Of a stretch of DNA of 64,000 bases, positions 38,061 to 51,523 are shown piece by piece. Made by a program: the position numbers and the translations under genes. The stretch is from Gordius albopunctatus (Eukaryota), in contig OZ193909.1 in the NCBI GenBank assembly GCA_964276515.1, positions 5,332,001 through 5,396,000 on the forward strand. The letters run 5' to 3'. The notes beneath the pieces are model-generated. The model was not told where the DNA came from, searched no databases, and was given only the letters and a program-made list of their open reading frames with translations. Every line of letters starts with the position of its first letter. The first letter of the stretch is position 1.

Positions 38061-39395
38061 ACATTTAGTTCTATACGCAGTTTAACTTTTCCACAAGCAT
38101 GGCGTTTTATATAGTTACTTCTGAATTATCAGCTCTTCGATAACCCAAACCTATTTATATCATTATCTAAATATTTTTATAATTTCTATATACAAAATTT
38201 TAGAAGGGGTGAGTTAATCATATCTGTTTCAGTTTACAGACATCCAATTAATCCGTATTATATAGCTATTAGTGTAGTCTATATGTGCTAATATTTTAGG
38301 TATATACAAATATATTTTATGTTTTGATGGCATAATGTGATACAATAAAAGTTTATTGACACTTAGAATTTCAGCTCTATTTTGAAAAATATTTTTAAAG
38401 TTTTGACTAGATAAATCTCTTATTCGTAAATTTTTTATAAATTATATAAATAAAGTAATTAATACAATTTAATGCTTTTATGGTGATGGTATATAGATTA
38501 TTATAATAACTCGGGATAATATAAGCTTTTGGTTTGAGCTAGATATTCTAATACCTCTTCTGAATGGAGTTAGCTATATGCTTAAATAACTTTTTTCCTA
38601 ATTATTATTTAGAGTTTAAATTATAATCACAAAGAAAGCTCTTCCAAATTAAACTACGCATTTGGACTAAGTGAAAGATCTTCAAAATAACGTTTCATAG
38701 GCTTAATGCGTATATAATTAATTTAAACTTTATAATAGGTCAGTCCATATTTTCTATGTCGTGCTACCTGGTTTTTTATTAATCTTTAAACAACACACTT
38801 GTGAGATTGGATTAGTTATTATACATAATTTACACATCTTTCTTATAATGATTATCTATGTTTTAAATCAAATAATACTACTTATCCGTTTTATAAAGTT
38901 AGGAAATAAATTGTGTAACTTATCATATCATTTTTAATTGTCAAATTCGTAATTGAAGACGAATTTGACGTAGAATTATATTTCAAATTGTACCCATAAA
39001 ATAATTTATTTATTAGCTTAAATTTTCCGCGATAAAATGGATCCGCGCGCGAGTTTATTGATTTTCTAATTTGGAGGTTACATTTTTCTCATAAATATAT
39101 TTACTACTCAAAAAGAAGAAAAAAATATCTGTGTAAGTGAAAAATTGAAAGTGATGCAATAATAATCGATAAAAAAGGTAATTAAAATCGATCTATTTTT
39201 ATCATAGAGATATTAACAAATATGACTCGTCATAAACACGAGTAGAGTAAAATTTACGCGTATAAGTAAGTGCATGTGTGTGGGGGGGGGGACGAATCAT
39301 TAATTGAAAAGAAATCCTGGAATCGTTTATTAATAATGGTTTATTCTAATTTGTGACGCGAATCCAATTACAGATACTTATATATCAAAATCGAC

Positions 39396-41512
39396 ATGCG
39401 AGATACATATTTGCAGCTACCAATAGCTGAAGAATGTCAGGAATTACTAACTATTTCAACACACACCGGTTTTTTTAGGTACAAACGGATGCCATTTGGG
39501 TTACCTTGTGAGCCTTTGATTTTTCAAAGATACATGGAAAGTGTATTGAGTGATTGCAATCAAACGGGAATTTATTTAGATGATATCATTATCACGGGCA
39601 AAAACTACCAGGATCATGTATACAATGTAAAAAAGGTGCTTAATAAATTACAATCGGTGGGTATGAAGGCGCAATTTTCTAAGGTCGAATTTTTAAAAGA
39701 ATCTATAACCTTTCTTGGGCATACTTTTGATTGTAATGGTATTCATCCTTCTACGGATAAAGTGCGATCTATTCAAAATAGCCCCTCTCCAAAGAATGTT
39801 AAAGAATTGCGATCTTTTTTAGGCTTAATTAACTACCACGAAAATTTTATTCCACATTTACGTGGTATAATGGCACCATTACACAAATTGACGAGCGTCA
39901 AAGCCAAATGGGTGTGGTCTCAAACGGAAGAGTCAGTTTTTCAAAAGGTCAAAGCTTTGTTATCAGACCAAAACTTCCATTAATTCTTGAATGCGATGCT
40001 TCAGAAATGGGGTTTGGAGCTGTACTCTATCATTTAATTAAAAATAATAAAAGACCAATCGCATATGCGTCAAGAACGTTAATTGATGGAGAGAAACAAT
40101 ATTCACCAATCGACAGAGAAGCAAAAGCCTTAGTTCTTGGTATGGAAAAATTTCATAAATACCTGCTAGGCCGTAGATTTATTCTAAGGACCGATCAAAA
40201 ACCTCTGGAAAGAATATTTGGAGCCACACGAGATTTACCAAAGATAAGCAACAATCGGTTTGTTAGGTGGGTATGGAAGATGTCTGCTTATAACTATACT
40301 ATTGAATACACTCCTGGCAAGGAGAATGTATGTGCGGATGCATTATCACGCTTACCGGTACCGGCGTCGTATGCGGATAAAGTCAATTTTTATAATAGTA
40401 ATTCAACTTATCATATCCGTCTCCTTAATTTGCACGATTTGCACCTGACAGAAGAATTGTTAATTAGGGAATCACATAATGATTCGAACTTAAGAATATT
40501 AAAAAGATTTATAGACAATGGTTGGCCAACGGACAAAAATGTGGTTAGCAAGAAACTGCAGGTATTTTTCGATAGAAAGAATGAAATGAAACAAGACAAG
40601 GGAGTTATTTACATTAACGGATTGATAGTGGTTCCATCGCGGCTTAGGCAACAAGTTTTGACCGTGATTCATAGGGGTCATCCAGTGATTAACTCCATGA
40701 AATCCATCGCCAAGTTATACGTGTATTGGCCACACTTAGATAAAGATATCGAAATGCACGTTCGGAAATGTGTGGGATGTCAGAAGAATAGTTGTAATCG
40801 ACCTGAGGTTTCCCTGTATTCTTGGAACATAACAGAAAATCCATGGGAAAAGATACACATAGATTATGCGGGGCCAGTGGATGGTTATTATTGGCTGGTG
40901 GCGATAGATTCCTATTCCAAATGGATCGAATCGGAGTTACTACGAAGTTCGACAATTGAAGTTACGTTGAAGAAACTGCGAGATTGGTTTGTTAGGTGGG
41001 GAGTTCCTAAGCAAATAGTGACAGACAACGGGCCGCAGTTTCTAAGCTGGGAAATAAAGGGTTTTTGCGATAAATACCACATCAATAATAGTAAAGCGAC
41101 TCCCTATCATCCCAAAACCAATGGCCTTGTCGAAAGAGCCATTAGGACCTTGAAATCTCGTTATGCTGCCGCGCGCGAATACAATACTGATCCGAATGAA
41201 TGCATGATTGAGGTTCTGACCAGTTATCGCATCAGCGAAAATTTGTCTACCGGAAGGTCACCATCAAAGGCGTTAATTGGAAGAAATATTAAAACTCCGA
41301 TGGATTTGGTAGGTCCAACTCAAAATAAATTCATGGAACAAAAAATTGATGAACAGGAAAAAAGACATGATGCGCAGGCGGAGAATAGAGAATTCATCCC
41401 TGGCCAATTAGTATGGGTGAAAAACGAAGTTAATAAAGGTTGGAGAACGGGGAAGATAATAAAACGCAACGGCCCATGTTCGTACTTAGTAGAAAACCCC
41501 CGAGACGGTTGA
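39396..41512 (+). pseudogene. 5'-truncated Gypsy pol (RT-RNase H-integrase) with one frameshift near 39970
   Basis: RT: RMPFGL, YLDDIII, FLGH. RNase H: LECDAS, PIAYASR, TDQKPL, ADALSRL. Integrase: H..H..C..C zinc site, IHIDYAGP, VTDNGPQF, NGLVER and C-terminal GPCSY. Confidence 0.93.
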
Positions 41513-41523
41513 TAGAAGAAATT

Positions 41524-41541
41524 ATCCCATCCTCGTCGCCA
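41524..41541 (-). promoter_or_regulatory. Primer-binding site complementary to the 3' end of tRNA-Ser(GCT)
   Basis: Plus strand reads ATCCCATCCTCGTCGCCA, the recalled 3' 18 nt (including CCA) of metazoan tRNA-Ser(GCT). It is adjacent to the LTR copy. Confidence 0.85.
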
Positions 41542-44383
41542 CTGAAAAGAAATCCTGGAATCGTTTATTAATAATGGTTTATTCTAATTTGTGACACGGA
41601 TCCAATTACATAAATAATCACAACATCTGATATCCACCTCAAAACATGTGCGCTAGGTATATAGAACTAAACGATATTAATAATAATGTGTATATCAAAT
41701 ATAAACGATATTAATAATAATGTGTATATCAAATATTATAAAACATAACATAACGTACAAACATAACATTAATAATTAATATTTGTGCAATATGCATTTA
41801 TGTTGTCACATTATGATTCATATATTTATTTATGTTCTTCTGCAGTCAATATTTGGGATAATATTTATAAATAATTATCGGTTTTTTATTCATTAATATT
41901 TTTATAATATTAAATAAATAGAAGAATAGCAGGAAATTCGTGATAGAAAAATCTTATTATTAGGAATAAATATTTAATGCGCAATTTATTGACAACCGAA
42001 TCATGCATACATTTAAATTACTTCCTTACTTCCCCTACTCATTTTTATTCCTTCCATAATCATTTCCCTTTTTTTGGATACTTTTCTCTAAGGTATGTTT
42101 ACACGATTCATATATGATGAACGATGACGAGTCAGATATAATGAAGAAATGAGGCATTTGTCTGAGTTTTGCATTGTATTTTATTATTAACATGATGACA
42201 GATGACGAAACAGATTTGATGAAGATATTAGGCATTAACCTGATCAAACTTAGTTATTGATTATTAATTTTAGATTTATATGAATTAAAATGATGACATT
42301 TCAAAAGTCAGATTCAATGAAGAGATGAGGCATTTGTCTGATTACTATATTTAAAATTACAATGCATTGTATATTTGTTACAAATAAATTGATTGAAAAG
42401 TTTTTGGTATCTTTGTACTTTATATTTGTATACTTGAGTTTATAGACAGCTTTGAACGTGTGGAAGTTCCTTAAAAATACAAAGCTCACTTTTTATATAT
42501 CGATTTTTAGATTAATTTTATTGCAAATATAGATCCTTATTAGCACTCAAAATTGTTTGGTTCATATTGACTTGTATTTGCTATGCCATTATTTTGTCCC
42601 AAAAGATCGATTTTGATAACTTTGATCTTATTTTTCCAATTAATATGTTTAAAGAAAATTAAACATCAAATGACCTTTTTAATATGCATAAACTTATTAT
42701 TTCTCTTGTCAAGATTAAGTTTGTGATAGATTTTTAAGGTTCGGCTCTTGTGTATTAGTGTTAAAAAACATAATGAATGACATATTGTGACCCTTAAATT
42801 TAACTTTTTTTTATGGCTAACAAAATGCATAGAGATGATGATTGATAAGTTTTTCCAATTATTTCTTAAATAATCATTGACTACAATTAACTTATAGAAA
42901 ATATTTTGGTAAGAAATTAAGGTTGTACTAAGTAAAAGTTTTGTTATGATCAATTAATTAGTTATATGCAAATGATATAAAAATTACAATTTTTTATTGA
43001 CTTTGTTAAAATTTAAAGTGACAAAACTTTAATAGTGCTTTAAAAGAATTTGATTATAAATTACACTTGAATAATTTTTTAGAATTTATTAGGCTTAAGT
43101 TTGTTTTCATAAAAATTGTTAGCCTATGTGGAAAATTATAAAAGTTATATTATTTTAAGCAAATTTTGCAGGGAACTAAATTATATAAAGTATTGTTTGC
43201 TTGCATGTAAAACTTAATGGTCTCACTCACTTCTGTGCAAAATCTAATATAGGCAAGGGTTAGATTTAGTGATTTATTTGATAATATGTATTTATTTATA
43301 AAATAGTATTATACATTTTAATATAACTTATTTTGTTTCAATTAACAATTATAGTATCCTTTTATTACGTAGTTTTTTAGTACATATTACATGCGTATGA
43401 ATATGCGTGAAAACCGGTCTCAATTTCTAAAATGCGAATATTACATTATAAGATTTTGCACATATTACATTTTGCACCAGATTCGTCTCACTAGATTAAA
43501 AGATATTCAACAGTCAATTTAATACAATTTCATTTTTTAAATGCCTAAAAGATTCTAAGGCTACGCTTTATAGATACAAATTTTCCACATCAATAAGTAT
43601 TTTAAAATGAAATTTATCATTTTGGACATTTTGAGTTAAGAATTGAAATATATTGCTCACCGGATGTATATTAATAAATATAATATAAAATATAATTTTT
43701 ATTAATTAAATTATTGATGCATACATAACCTTAAAAAATTAGAATTTAATTATAGCAAAGCAAAGGCCTTAACGTAGATTTATTTTTAAAACATTTAAAT
43801 TAAATAAGGACAAATTAACAAATGGCCCTTAAAGGATACCATTATTAAATAAAAAATGAAAGAGGTTCGAAAGTGTATGTATTCTTTATAGAAAATAAAG
43901 TATCAAAGAAATTATCCTATCCCCTCCCTCCTTATTTGGGTAATACAAGCGTATTTGTCTCCTTACACCCTTCTGTAACCTGACGTTTGAAGGGTTTTGT
44001 TATTTTTTTTTAAAGATGTGTAAAAATTATTACAATGGAAATCCTCCATTCCTTTTGATTTTACCGTGAATAGAGTACGATTTGAATTAGAAAGGAATAC
44101 CTATTGAGACTTATATTTGAAAAAATTGTTAATACTTATATGATTAAATCAACGAAATTTACAATAAATATTTTTTTATTATCGTAATTCAGTTTCAGTG
44201 TCCAAAACTCAATTTTCACTTGAAATCGACCCCTCCATAAAATTTGACTTGAACCTAACCCGTGAAAGAAACAAGTATTAAATTTTATCATTGAGTTTTT
44301 GGCATTATCTTAAATTAATCTAATAATTTAGTCATTATTTTATTTGATCTAATTACTAACAAAATATGGAATGGCATCCAGAG

Positions 44384-44724
44384 CATGGACCAGAAATGCC
44401 CAGCAACTGTCTTAAATTTTGACTTTCAAGCGGGCGCCATAACAAGATTCGGGCTCATTTGAATATAATGCATTTATTGTTGTATAATTTGTCACTTTTT
44501 AATTTGATTTTATAGTGTTTATTTATCTTAGTTTTTATCGAAAAAATCAAAAATTAAGATAAATTTTTTTTTAAATATAACTATATTAGTGCAGAAAATT
44601 TTAAAACACACCATTTCGGGCTGGGCAGTTCGGGCATGACAAGGCGGGTTTTTGGCGGGCAGATTAATTATAAAATCTGACCGGGCCGGGATCGGACACA
44701 ATATTTCAACAAATCTGACCTCTG
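44384..44724. mobile_element. hAT MITE, same family as 12877-14297
   Basis: Termini CATGGACCAGAAATG / CAAATCTGACCTCTG with a perfect 8-bp TSD atccagag. A diverged relative lies at about 32073-32410. Confidence 0.85.
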
Positions 44725-45008
44725 ATCCAGAGGTCTGCAAAGGTTCCTAGCTTTATACCTAATATATTTAAATATATAACGCCAACTGTCTCTCAGAATG
44801 GGCTGTCTATCTAAGAAAAGCCATTTATACGTCCCAAGTCAAAATGTTATACTTTAATCTTTTTGGGCAATAAAATTTAATGAATAAATTATTTTCTAAT
44901 AAATATTAAATCTCCTTTTTTCTCGACAAATACATAATTTCGTTAAGTATATGAATGCATGGAGAGCACTACCTTTTTTGCCTTCCCTTAGCTTCCGTTT
45001 ATTAAATA

Positions 45009-46860
45009 CTAGATAAGCCCGGAAAACGTTGTTTTGCCATATACATTATGTCTGACAAATTAACTAACTTACTATAAGTGTTTGGGGATATTTTTTGCAG
45101 AAGATTTATCTAAATTGTAGTTTTGTTTTACAATCGATGGAAAGTAAACGTAAATAACTAATTGCAGGTAAAGAGTTTGTCGGGGAATGCAGGCGAGAGA
45201 AAACGTTTTATTTATTGTTTCCTGGGGGGGGGGGGGGTTGTTGGTCTACCAGTTATATTTTCTTAACCACTCTTTAAATAATACTTTTTTATCATTCGCA
45301 TCACTTTGTTATATATGGAAAAATTAAGACAGAATTACGCTGGATAAATTTTAGCTTTAGCGCCCTCTGTACATACTATAAAAAGTTTTAAAAATATTTT
45401 TAAAAAAAAGTAAAAAATTTAAATAAGAAAATTTGAAACTACCCAAAAATTTTTTAAAAACTCAACTAATAAAACTGGCAACAAAATTAATGAGCTGCCA
45501 TTATTATCACATGGCCATATAAGCCTATAATTTATTTGGGGACACCACCTTGAAAAAGTTATGTAATAACAATATACATTATAAGAACGTATTATATAAA
45601 AAAATACAAATGTCACACGTATGGGGGCGATGTGGGATCAAATAAGTCAGACAAATTATCATAAGTAAATTGGTTTGTCTTATTATATATACACTAAAAA
45701 TAGTGGGTTCATAAAATCCATGACGTGATAAAATTCGTCCTATAAATAAATAATACATATTTTTACTTATATTCTAACTTTCTTGACGTCATTATTGTAT
45801 ATGATGCTATAAATGAAACTGGCCGGGAAATGTCCGATATTTTTAAAACTAAAAGGAATTTTAGGATTCTAAAAAAACTATTTTACCCCTGGCCGCCTTG
45901 GGCATCTACCGTAAAATGTTCGCGCGAATCGGGCCGGTAGTTCAGAATTTAGCCCATACATACATACATACATACATACATACATACATACATACATACA
46001 TACATACACACATACATACATACATACATACATACATACATACATACATACATACATACATACATACATACATACATACATACATACATACATACATACA
46101 TACATACATACATACATACATACATACATACATACATACATACATACATACATACATACATACATACATACATACATACATACATACATACATACATACA
46201 TACATACATACATACATACATACATACATACATACATACATACATACATACATACATACATACATACATACATACATACATACATACATACATACATACA
46301 TACATACATACATACATACATACATACATACATACATACATACATACATACATACATACATACATACATACATACATACATACATACATACATACATACA
46401 TACATACATACATACATACATACATACATACATACATACATACATACATACATACATACATACATACATACATACATACATACATACATACATACATACA
46501 TACATACATACATACATACATACATACATACATACATACATACATACATACATACATACATACATACATACATACATACATACATACATACATACATACA
46601 TACATACATACATACATACATACATACATACATACATACATACATACATACATACATACATACATACATACATACATACATACATACATACATACATACA
46701 TACATACATACATACATACATACATACATACATACATACATACATACATACATACATACATACATACATACATACATACATACATACATACATACATACA
46801 TACATACATACATACATACATACATACATACATACATAGACTTTACTTTATATATATAGA
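45009..46860 (-). mobile_element. Non-autonomous Helitron carrying a long (TATG)n microsatellite
   Basis: Minus strand reads A|TCTATATATATAAAG ... GGCAAAACAACGTTTTCC hairpin ... CTAG|T: canonical TC/CTAG ends in an AT target with no TSD. Confidence 0.8.
45955..46838. repeat. (CATA)n tetranucleotide microsatellite, 884 bp (about 221 units)
   Basis: Near-perfect array with a single CACA variant near 46007. Confidence 0.99.
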
Positions 46861-49463
46861 TAATAGGAAGTGCTTAATAATAATTTGTTACACAACTTTG
46901 GTGGTACAAAATTTACTGCTAAAAAGGTATAAGAACACTATAAATGACAAACCTTTTGCCCACTCTTTGACAATTATCTACGATGTGAATTCTGCGTGTC
47001 AATTTTCTCTTCGAATCCTTAATCTTGTCTAGAGAGTTTTCAGAAAATGTAACTAAAAAGGTATGTCAAAACTTTTGGTTTGCATAGGACATGCCATCAT
47101 TCTAATATTTTAAAATTCCAAACAATTAATATCTACTACCTGTCCCTCTTTCTAAAAGAAATTATCCTCTTGATTGAAAATTTTTAGGATTTTTAATTAA
47201 ATAATTATAAAAATGTATATTATAACCAATAAATGAAGTATAAATGTAAATATGCCTTTGACAAACCTAACTATGTCAGAAATTTTTTTCGTGAAACTAT
47301 TTTAAAAATAAAGAAAATTTGACAAATGTTTCTAAAATTTTCTAATTTATTTGAAAGATATTTAAGTTATATTAAAATAGAAATGGACATGTTTATTATA
47401 TAGTATCATTATTCCTAATATAGGTGGGTGATTATTTGTACACATACACCGTTGCAATGCACCAATAAAAATAGCGTTGTTAAATGTTTTGAGATTTTCA
47501 ATAAATATATAATTTTGTAATAAAGACTTTAATCAAAAGTAAACGATTCTATTATAGTGTAAGACCCCATAATATGTCCTGAATATATTTACTTGATGCA
47601 TTTTTATAACAATTTAGCCAAAAAATTCCATTAATAAAGCTCATATATTTTTGTGAAGGGCGAAATCGCACAGATGTATTAGAGTTAATCTGCTAACCCT
47701 ACCGTTATAATGTATAAAAGATATGGTAAATGACAAAAAAATGCTTAATGTCAGTTGCGTCTTGAGAATTTCAGAGGTGTACCATTATTTCTAGCATAAC
47801 GAACTCCTGACAGATCTATGAATTAATTTAATGTTTTTGAAGATATTTATTCGGCAGGCACAGGAGGCTTTACCCGTAGCCAAGTTTCTATAATTATTTT
47901 GATTAATTAACCACCGATTCAAAATATCATCACATCAGACAGGATGATGCAATTGTTGCGAGTTGCTTTTTTGCTTAAATATTGATTTAATATATAAATT
48001 CTAAGGATATAAATATGTAATAAATATACTATAAAATTATTTTCACGTACTAGGAGCCATGCATATTTAATTTAATAAGTAAAATTCAATACGTGACTAC
48101 TTAGGCGTGTAAATTCCTCAATATCAAAGATGTTCCAATTATATTAATTTAAAGTTGACATCCTAAATATTAATCACAAAATTAAAAATACTTAACATTT
48201 ACTATATTGTGTGGCCAATATAGAAAATTCAAAGGAGATTTCGCTGATAAAATCTCGTATCCTCTCGTTTTGAAATCGAGAATCCCGTCTTGATCTGGAC
48301 TAAATTTTTCGAAGTATCGTATCGCCTCATCTCGAAAAACCGAGACAAGACGATATCAAGATTTTTATTGGATTTTCCGCATCCCTATATGAAATATGAA
48401 GGAGAAGTCAAATATTTTTAAATTCACATAATAAGCCGCAGAAATACAATATAAATTTATCTTTAATAAATGAGGTACTCTAAATAAAACTCCGTTGAGA
48501 TATAGGAACATAGAATAATGAACGAATAAGAAGCTTCTTATATTTTAAACTGTTCATAAAATTAATGCCCCGCTCGAGCCAGCCCGTTAGGGTTTTACGA
48601 TTGATAGCTCCATAATATATGTGAGCGTACCCTTGCACATATTTATTAAACTTTTGCATCAAGATCATCGAGCAAAGAGCGCCTCATTAAAAGATCTAAG
48701 CTCGGATTAGAAGTTAAATACCTAGAAAAACCAAAACAGCATCAACTTAGAAGCTATATATGCACTACTGATGGATAGTGAGCCCCTACTTTAATTCTGG
48801 ATCCTTATCTATAAGAATTTGCTCCTATGGGCCATTCATTTAGCTTTGGCATAATACATAAGATTTGGATGAAGATTACAATTATGACATCCGTATTCGC
48901 TATAACACCTACCGACTGAAACTCCTAGATTCTTATATTAGACAATGGGCCTAGCTACTCAAAATGACGGTAGTTATATCAAATAAACAAACTAGATATC
49001 TGAACATGGCTTGGCCTATGGGAAACAAAAATTTAATTAGTCGCGATCGAGCGTGCAGAGCAACTTTAAAACGGGTTTGGACGAGATTAAAATTTCATAA
49101 ACGGCCTTGGAATTAGTAACAATAACGTTCTTCAAACGTGATTTTTACCATCTAAATAATTTAAATTTTATTGCATATTTCGAATCATAATTATCGTTGT
49201 AGAACTTCTATAGCAGTATTACTCTTTGATAAATTGCCACTCTTATAGAATCTGATATTCTTAATGAACTATTGTTGTTATAGATAATTGAGATTGTTTT
49301 TTGGGCCTGGCCAAACAGGTATATATTGTTATCTGTGTATATAACAAAACATATGCATATCCAAACCTAATTTAGCATTGACTATATATATAAATATTAT
49401 TTATGGTAATCTATCCCATTTTATATATACAAACAAAGTTTGTAAGCCATCGGATTAATAATC

Positions 49464-50645
49464 TATCGTATTCGTCAAAAAAGGAATACGATTTAAAATA
49501 TAAAAGTTTGAAGGTAGGGGAACCACCAGGAGTAATTATCAAGGAATAGGAATAAGGAACGATATTTGGATATATGGGGGAGATGGCCGGGCTTAAAGCC
49601 TTTAAATAAAGATGACTTTATAGCTTCACATGATATTATATTTTATTTATATCCGAGAAACAATAATAAATTAGTAATTAATAATCAAACGATTTTCGAT
49701 ACATTGTGCGTATATCGAATTCAATGACGCGTGCAATAATAATATCGGGGGGAGAAATAACAAATACGTATAGGCGCGTCGGGGGGGGGGGATAACATAC
49801 GCGTACTAGAAATTAAATGTAAAGGAAAAGTACCGCCTTTGAAGTGGTAGGGTTCAGTACTATGTATATAATCAGTACACAGATGTTACAGTCAACGAAC
49901 TTTGTGTTAGGGGACACGGGGGGGGGATGAGTATCTACGGATACGACACCTTCACTTTTTCAAAAAAAATTTAGGACCAGGAGTAGACAAAAGAATAATT
50001 GATATAATGTAATTGGATAGTTTTTATCAACAACGTTCTGATTATGGGTTTACAATATTAATAGTAAAAATATAATATATCGAAAATATTATATTAACTA
50101 TACAACGACCTGTGTAACCTCCAATAAAATCATATGGTCTTCTCCTTTGAAGAATTAAGTATCCATGTAAAATCATGTGGTCTTCTCCTTTGAAGAATTA
50201 AGAATTCATGTAAAATCATGTGGTCTTCTCCTTTGAAGAATTAAGAATTCATGTAAAATCATGTAGTCATCTCCTTTGAAGAATTAAGAATTCATGGACA
50301 ACGGGATATATTTATAATTACCTCATTTATGGCTTGTGGGAATAATCCTGGAATAATCCCATCTTCCCCGCACTTTAAATAGGTAAACCAATCCCTGCTC
50401 TTTGAATCCTCCGAATTTTTCCTTTTGTTATTGTTGCAACGGATCGTTAACGCTCGAGTACGATTCGATTTTCTTTTAGGTTTTGAGCAATCAGGTCATA
50501 CTCAACCCATATAAGAATTCTATTTCTAGAATATGACAATATTTCCTTTCCTCTTTTTGAATAATTCCTGGTTTCTTCTTCCTTCGGGCGTGAGTGGAAT
50601 TTCTGACACCAATATCGTATTCGTAAGATGGGGAATACGATTTAA
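49464..50645 (-). mobile_element. Decayed LTR-retrotransposon remnant (PBS, degenerate gag knuckle)
   Basis: Duplicated TATCGTATTCGT..GAATACGATTT at about 49464 and 50613. Minus-strand TGGTGTCAGAA (tRNA-Leu-like PBS) is adjacent at about 50601-50611. Minus-strand TYLKCGEDG near 50360-50385 resembles a decayed CCHC. Confidence 0.5.
50125..50296. repeat. 43-bp minisatellite, 4 copies
   Basis: TAAAATCATGTGGTCTTCTCCTTTGAAGAATTAAGAATTCATG at 50125, 50168, 50211 and 50254. Confidence 0.95.
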
Positions 50646-51523
50646 TCTTTAGATGATACCCTTAACCTATAGTTATAAACAATGATGTAGATCAGATGCT
50701 TAGTCAAGCCCCCCCCCCCCCCCAAAAAAAAAAAACTAAAAAAATTTATTAAATAAAATACTTAATTAATTAGAAGTGTTTATAGTCAGATAAAAGACTA
50801 AGTCACTTCTAAATACCTAAAAAGCTTATTATACCTTTTATTTTTAAATTAAATTTTTGGCAAAATTTAAAAAACACACGTTTTCCCCAACACCACATGC
50901 ATCAATGGTCGTTTCCATACTCGAGAGATCAAAAGGTTTTTCAAAAAAGGATGTTATGATTATGACATGGATGGAATGGATTGAAAATATTAACAAATCA
51001 ACGGTAATGCTCCTACTTCAGGCGAAATCTCAAAATGACAATTGCTGGACAAATGAAAAATCAAATACACTTTTATTATAACGTTCCACATTCTATACAC
51101 AGAATTAATACCTTTGGCATTGATCATATTTGTCTAAATATTTCTGGCAGAACTTATCACGGTTTGATAACAAAATTGCCCGCCAGGGCCCGCCCAAACC
51201 CTTCTAAGAGTCCACCCGAAAAGGCTCAATTTTCTAAAGCTGTCCGAACTGCCGGACCCAAAATAATAATAATAATAAATTTTAAGCATTAATTTTTCCT
51301 ATTTTCGAAAATTTTTGATTAAATTCTTAAATTTTTAAATAAAAAAACTGACAAAAAATTGTATCGCTGAGACCTACCTGAAAATCTGCCCGCCGCGGGA
51401 GCCTGGCAACGGACGCGTCGTTTAAGTTTTTGAATCTTTATTTTTAATCACAAGTAAAAGTGTTTTAAAATTTTTTGGCAGTCCCCCTCCCTCTTGAGAA
51501 AATTTAGGCTACGCCTGTGTGAG

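Larger units (their letters stand above)
39305..41610 (-). mobile_element. Ty3/Gypsy (Mag-like) LTR element with 68-bp LTRs and tRNA-Ser PBS; internal pol segment in inverted orientation
   Basis: Direct repeats at 39305-39372 and 41543-41610 (68 bp, 2 mismatches) read TGTAATTGG..TTTTCA on the minus strand and contain AATAAA. PBS TGGCGACGAGGATGGGAT lies on the minus strand at 41541-41524, 1 nt after the LTR. Flanks ttaat/taaat resemble a 5-bp TSD with 1 mismatch. Confidence 0.85.

Noticed and set aside
41524..41541. tRNA gene
   Set aside because: Only the 3' 18 nt including CCA are present, next to an LTR; this is a PBS, with no cloverleaf.
39305..41610. 68-bp repeats interpreted as a long target-site duplication
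   Set aside because: TG..CA ends, an adjacent PBS, AATAAA and their own 5-bp flanks identify them as LTRs.
41668..42345. Small local duplications (about 34 bp at 41668-41735; about 40 bp at 42130 and 42305)
   Set aside because: Ordinary slippage-type duplications with no supportable function.
45878..46839. Four ORFs of about 300 aa (MYVC/TYIH repeats)
   Set aside because: They are translations of the stop-free (CATA)n microsatellite, not genes.
48560..49120. Possible decayed LINE RT fragment
   Set aside because: Composition is suggestive but no diagnostic motif could be read.
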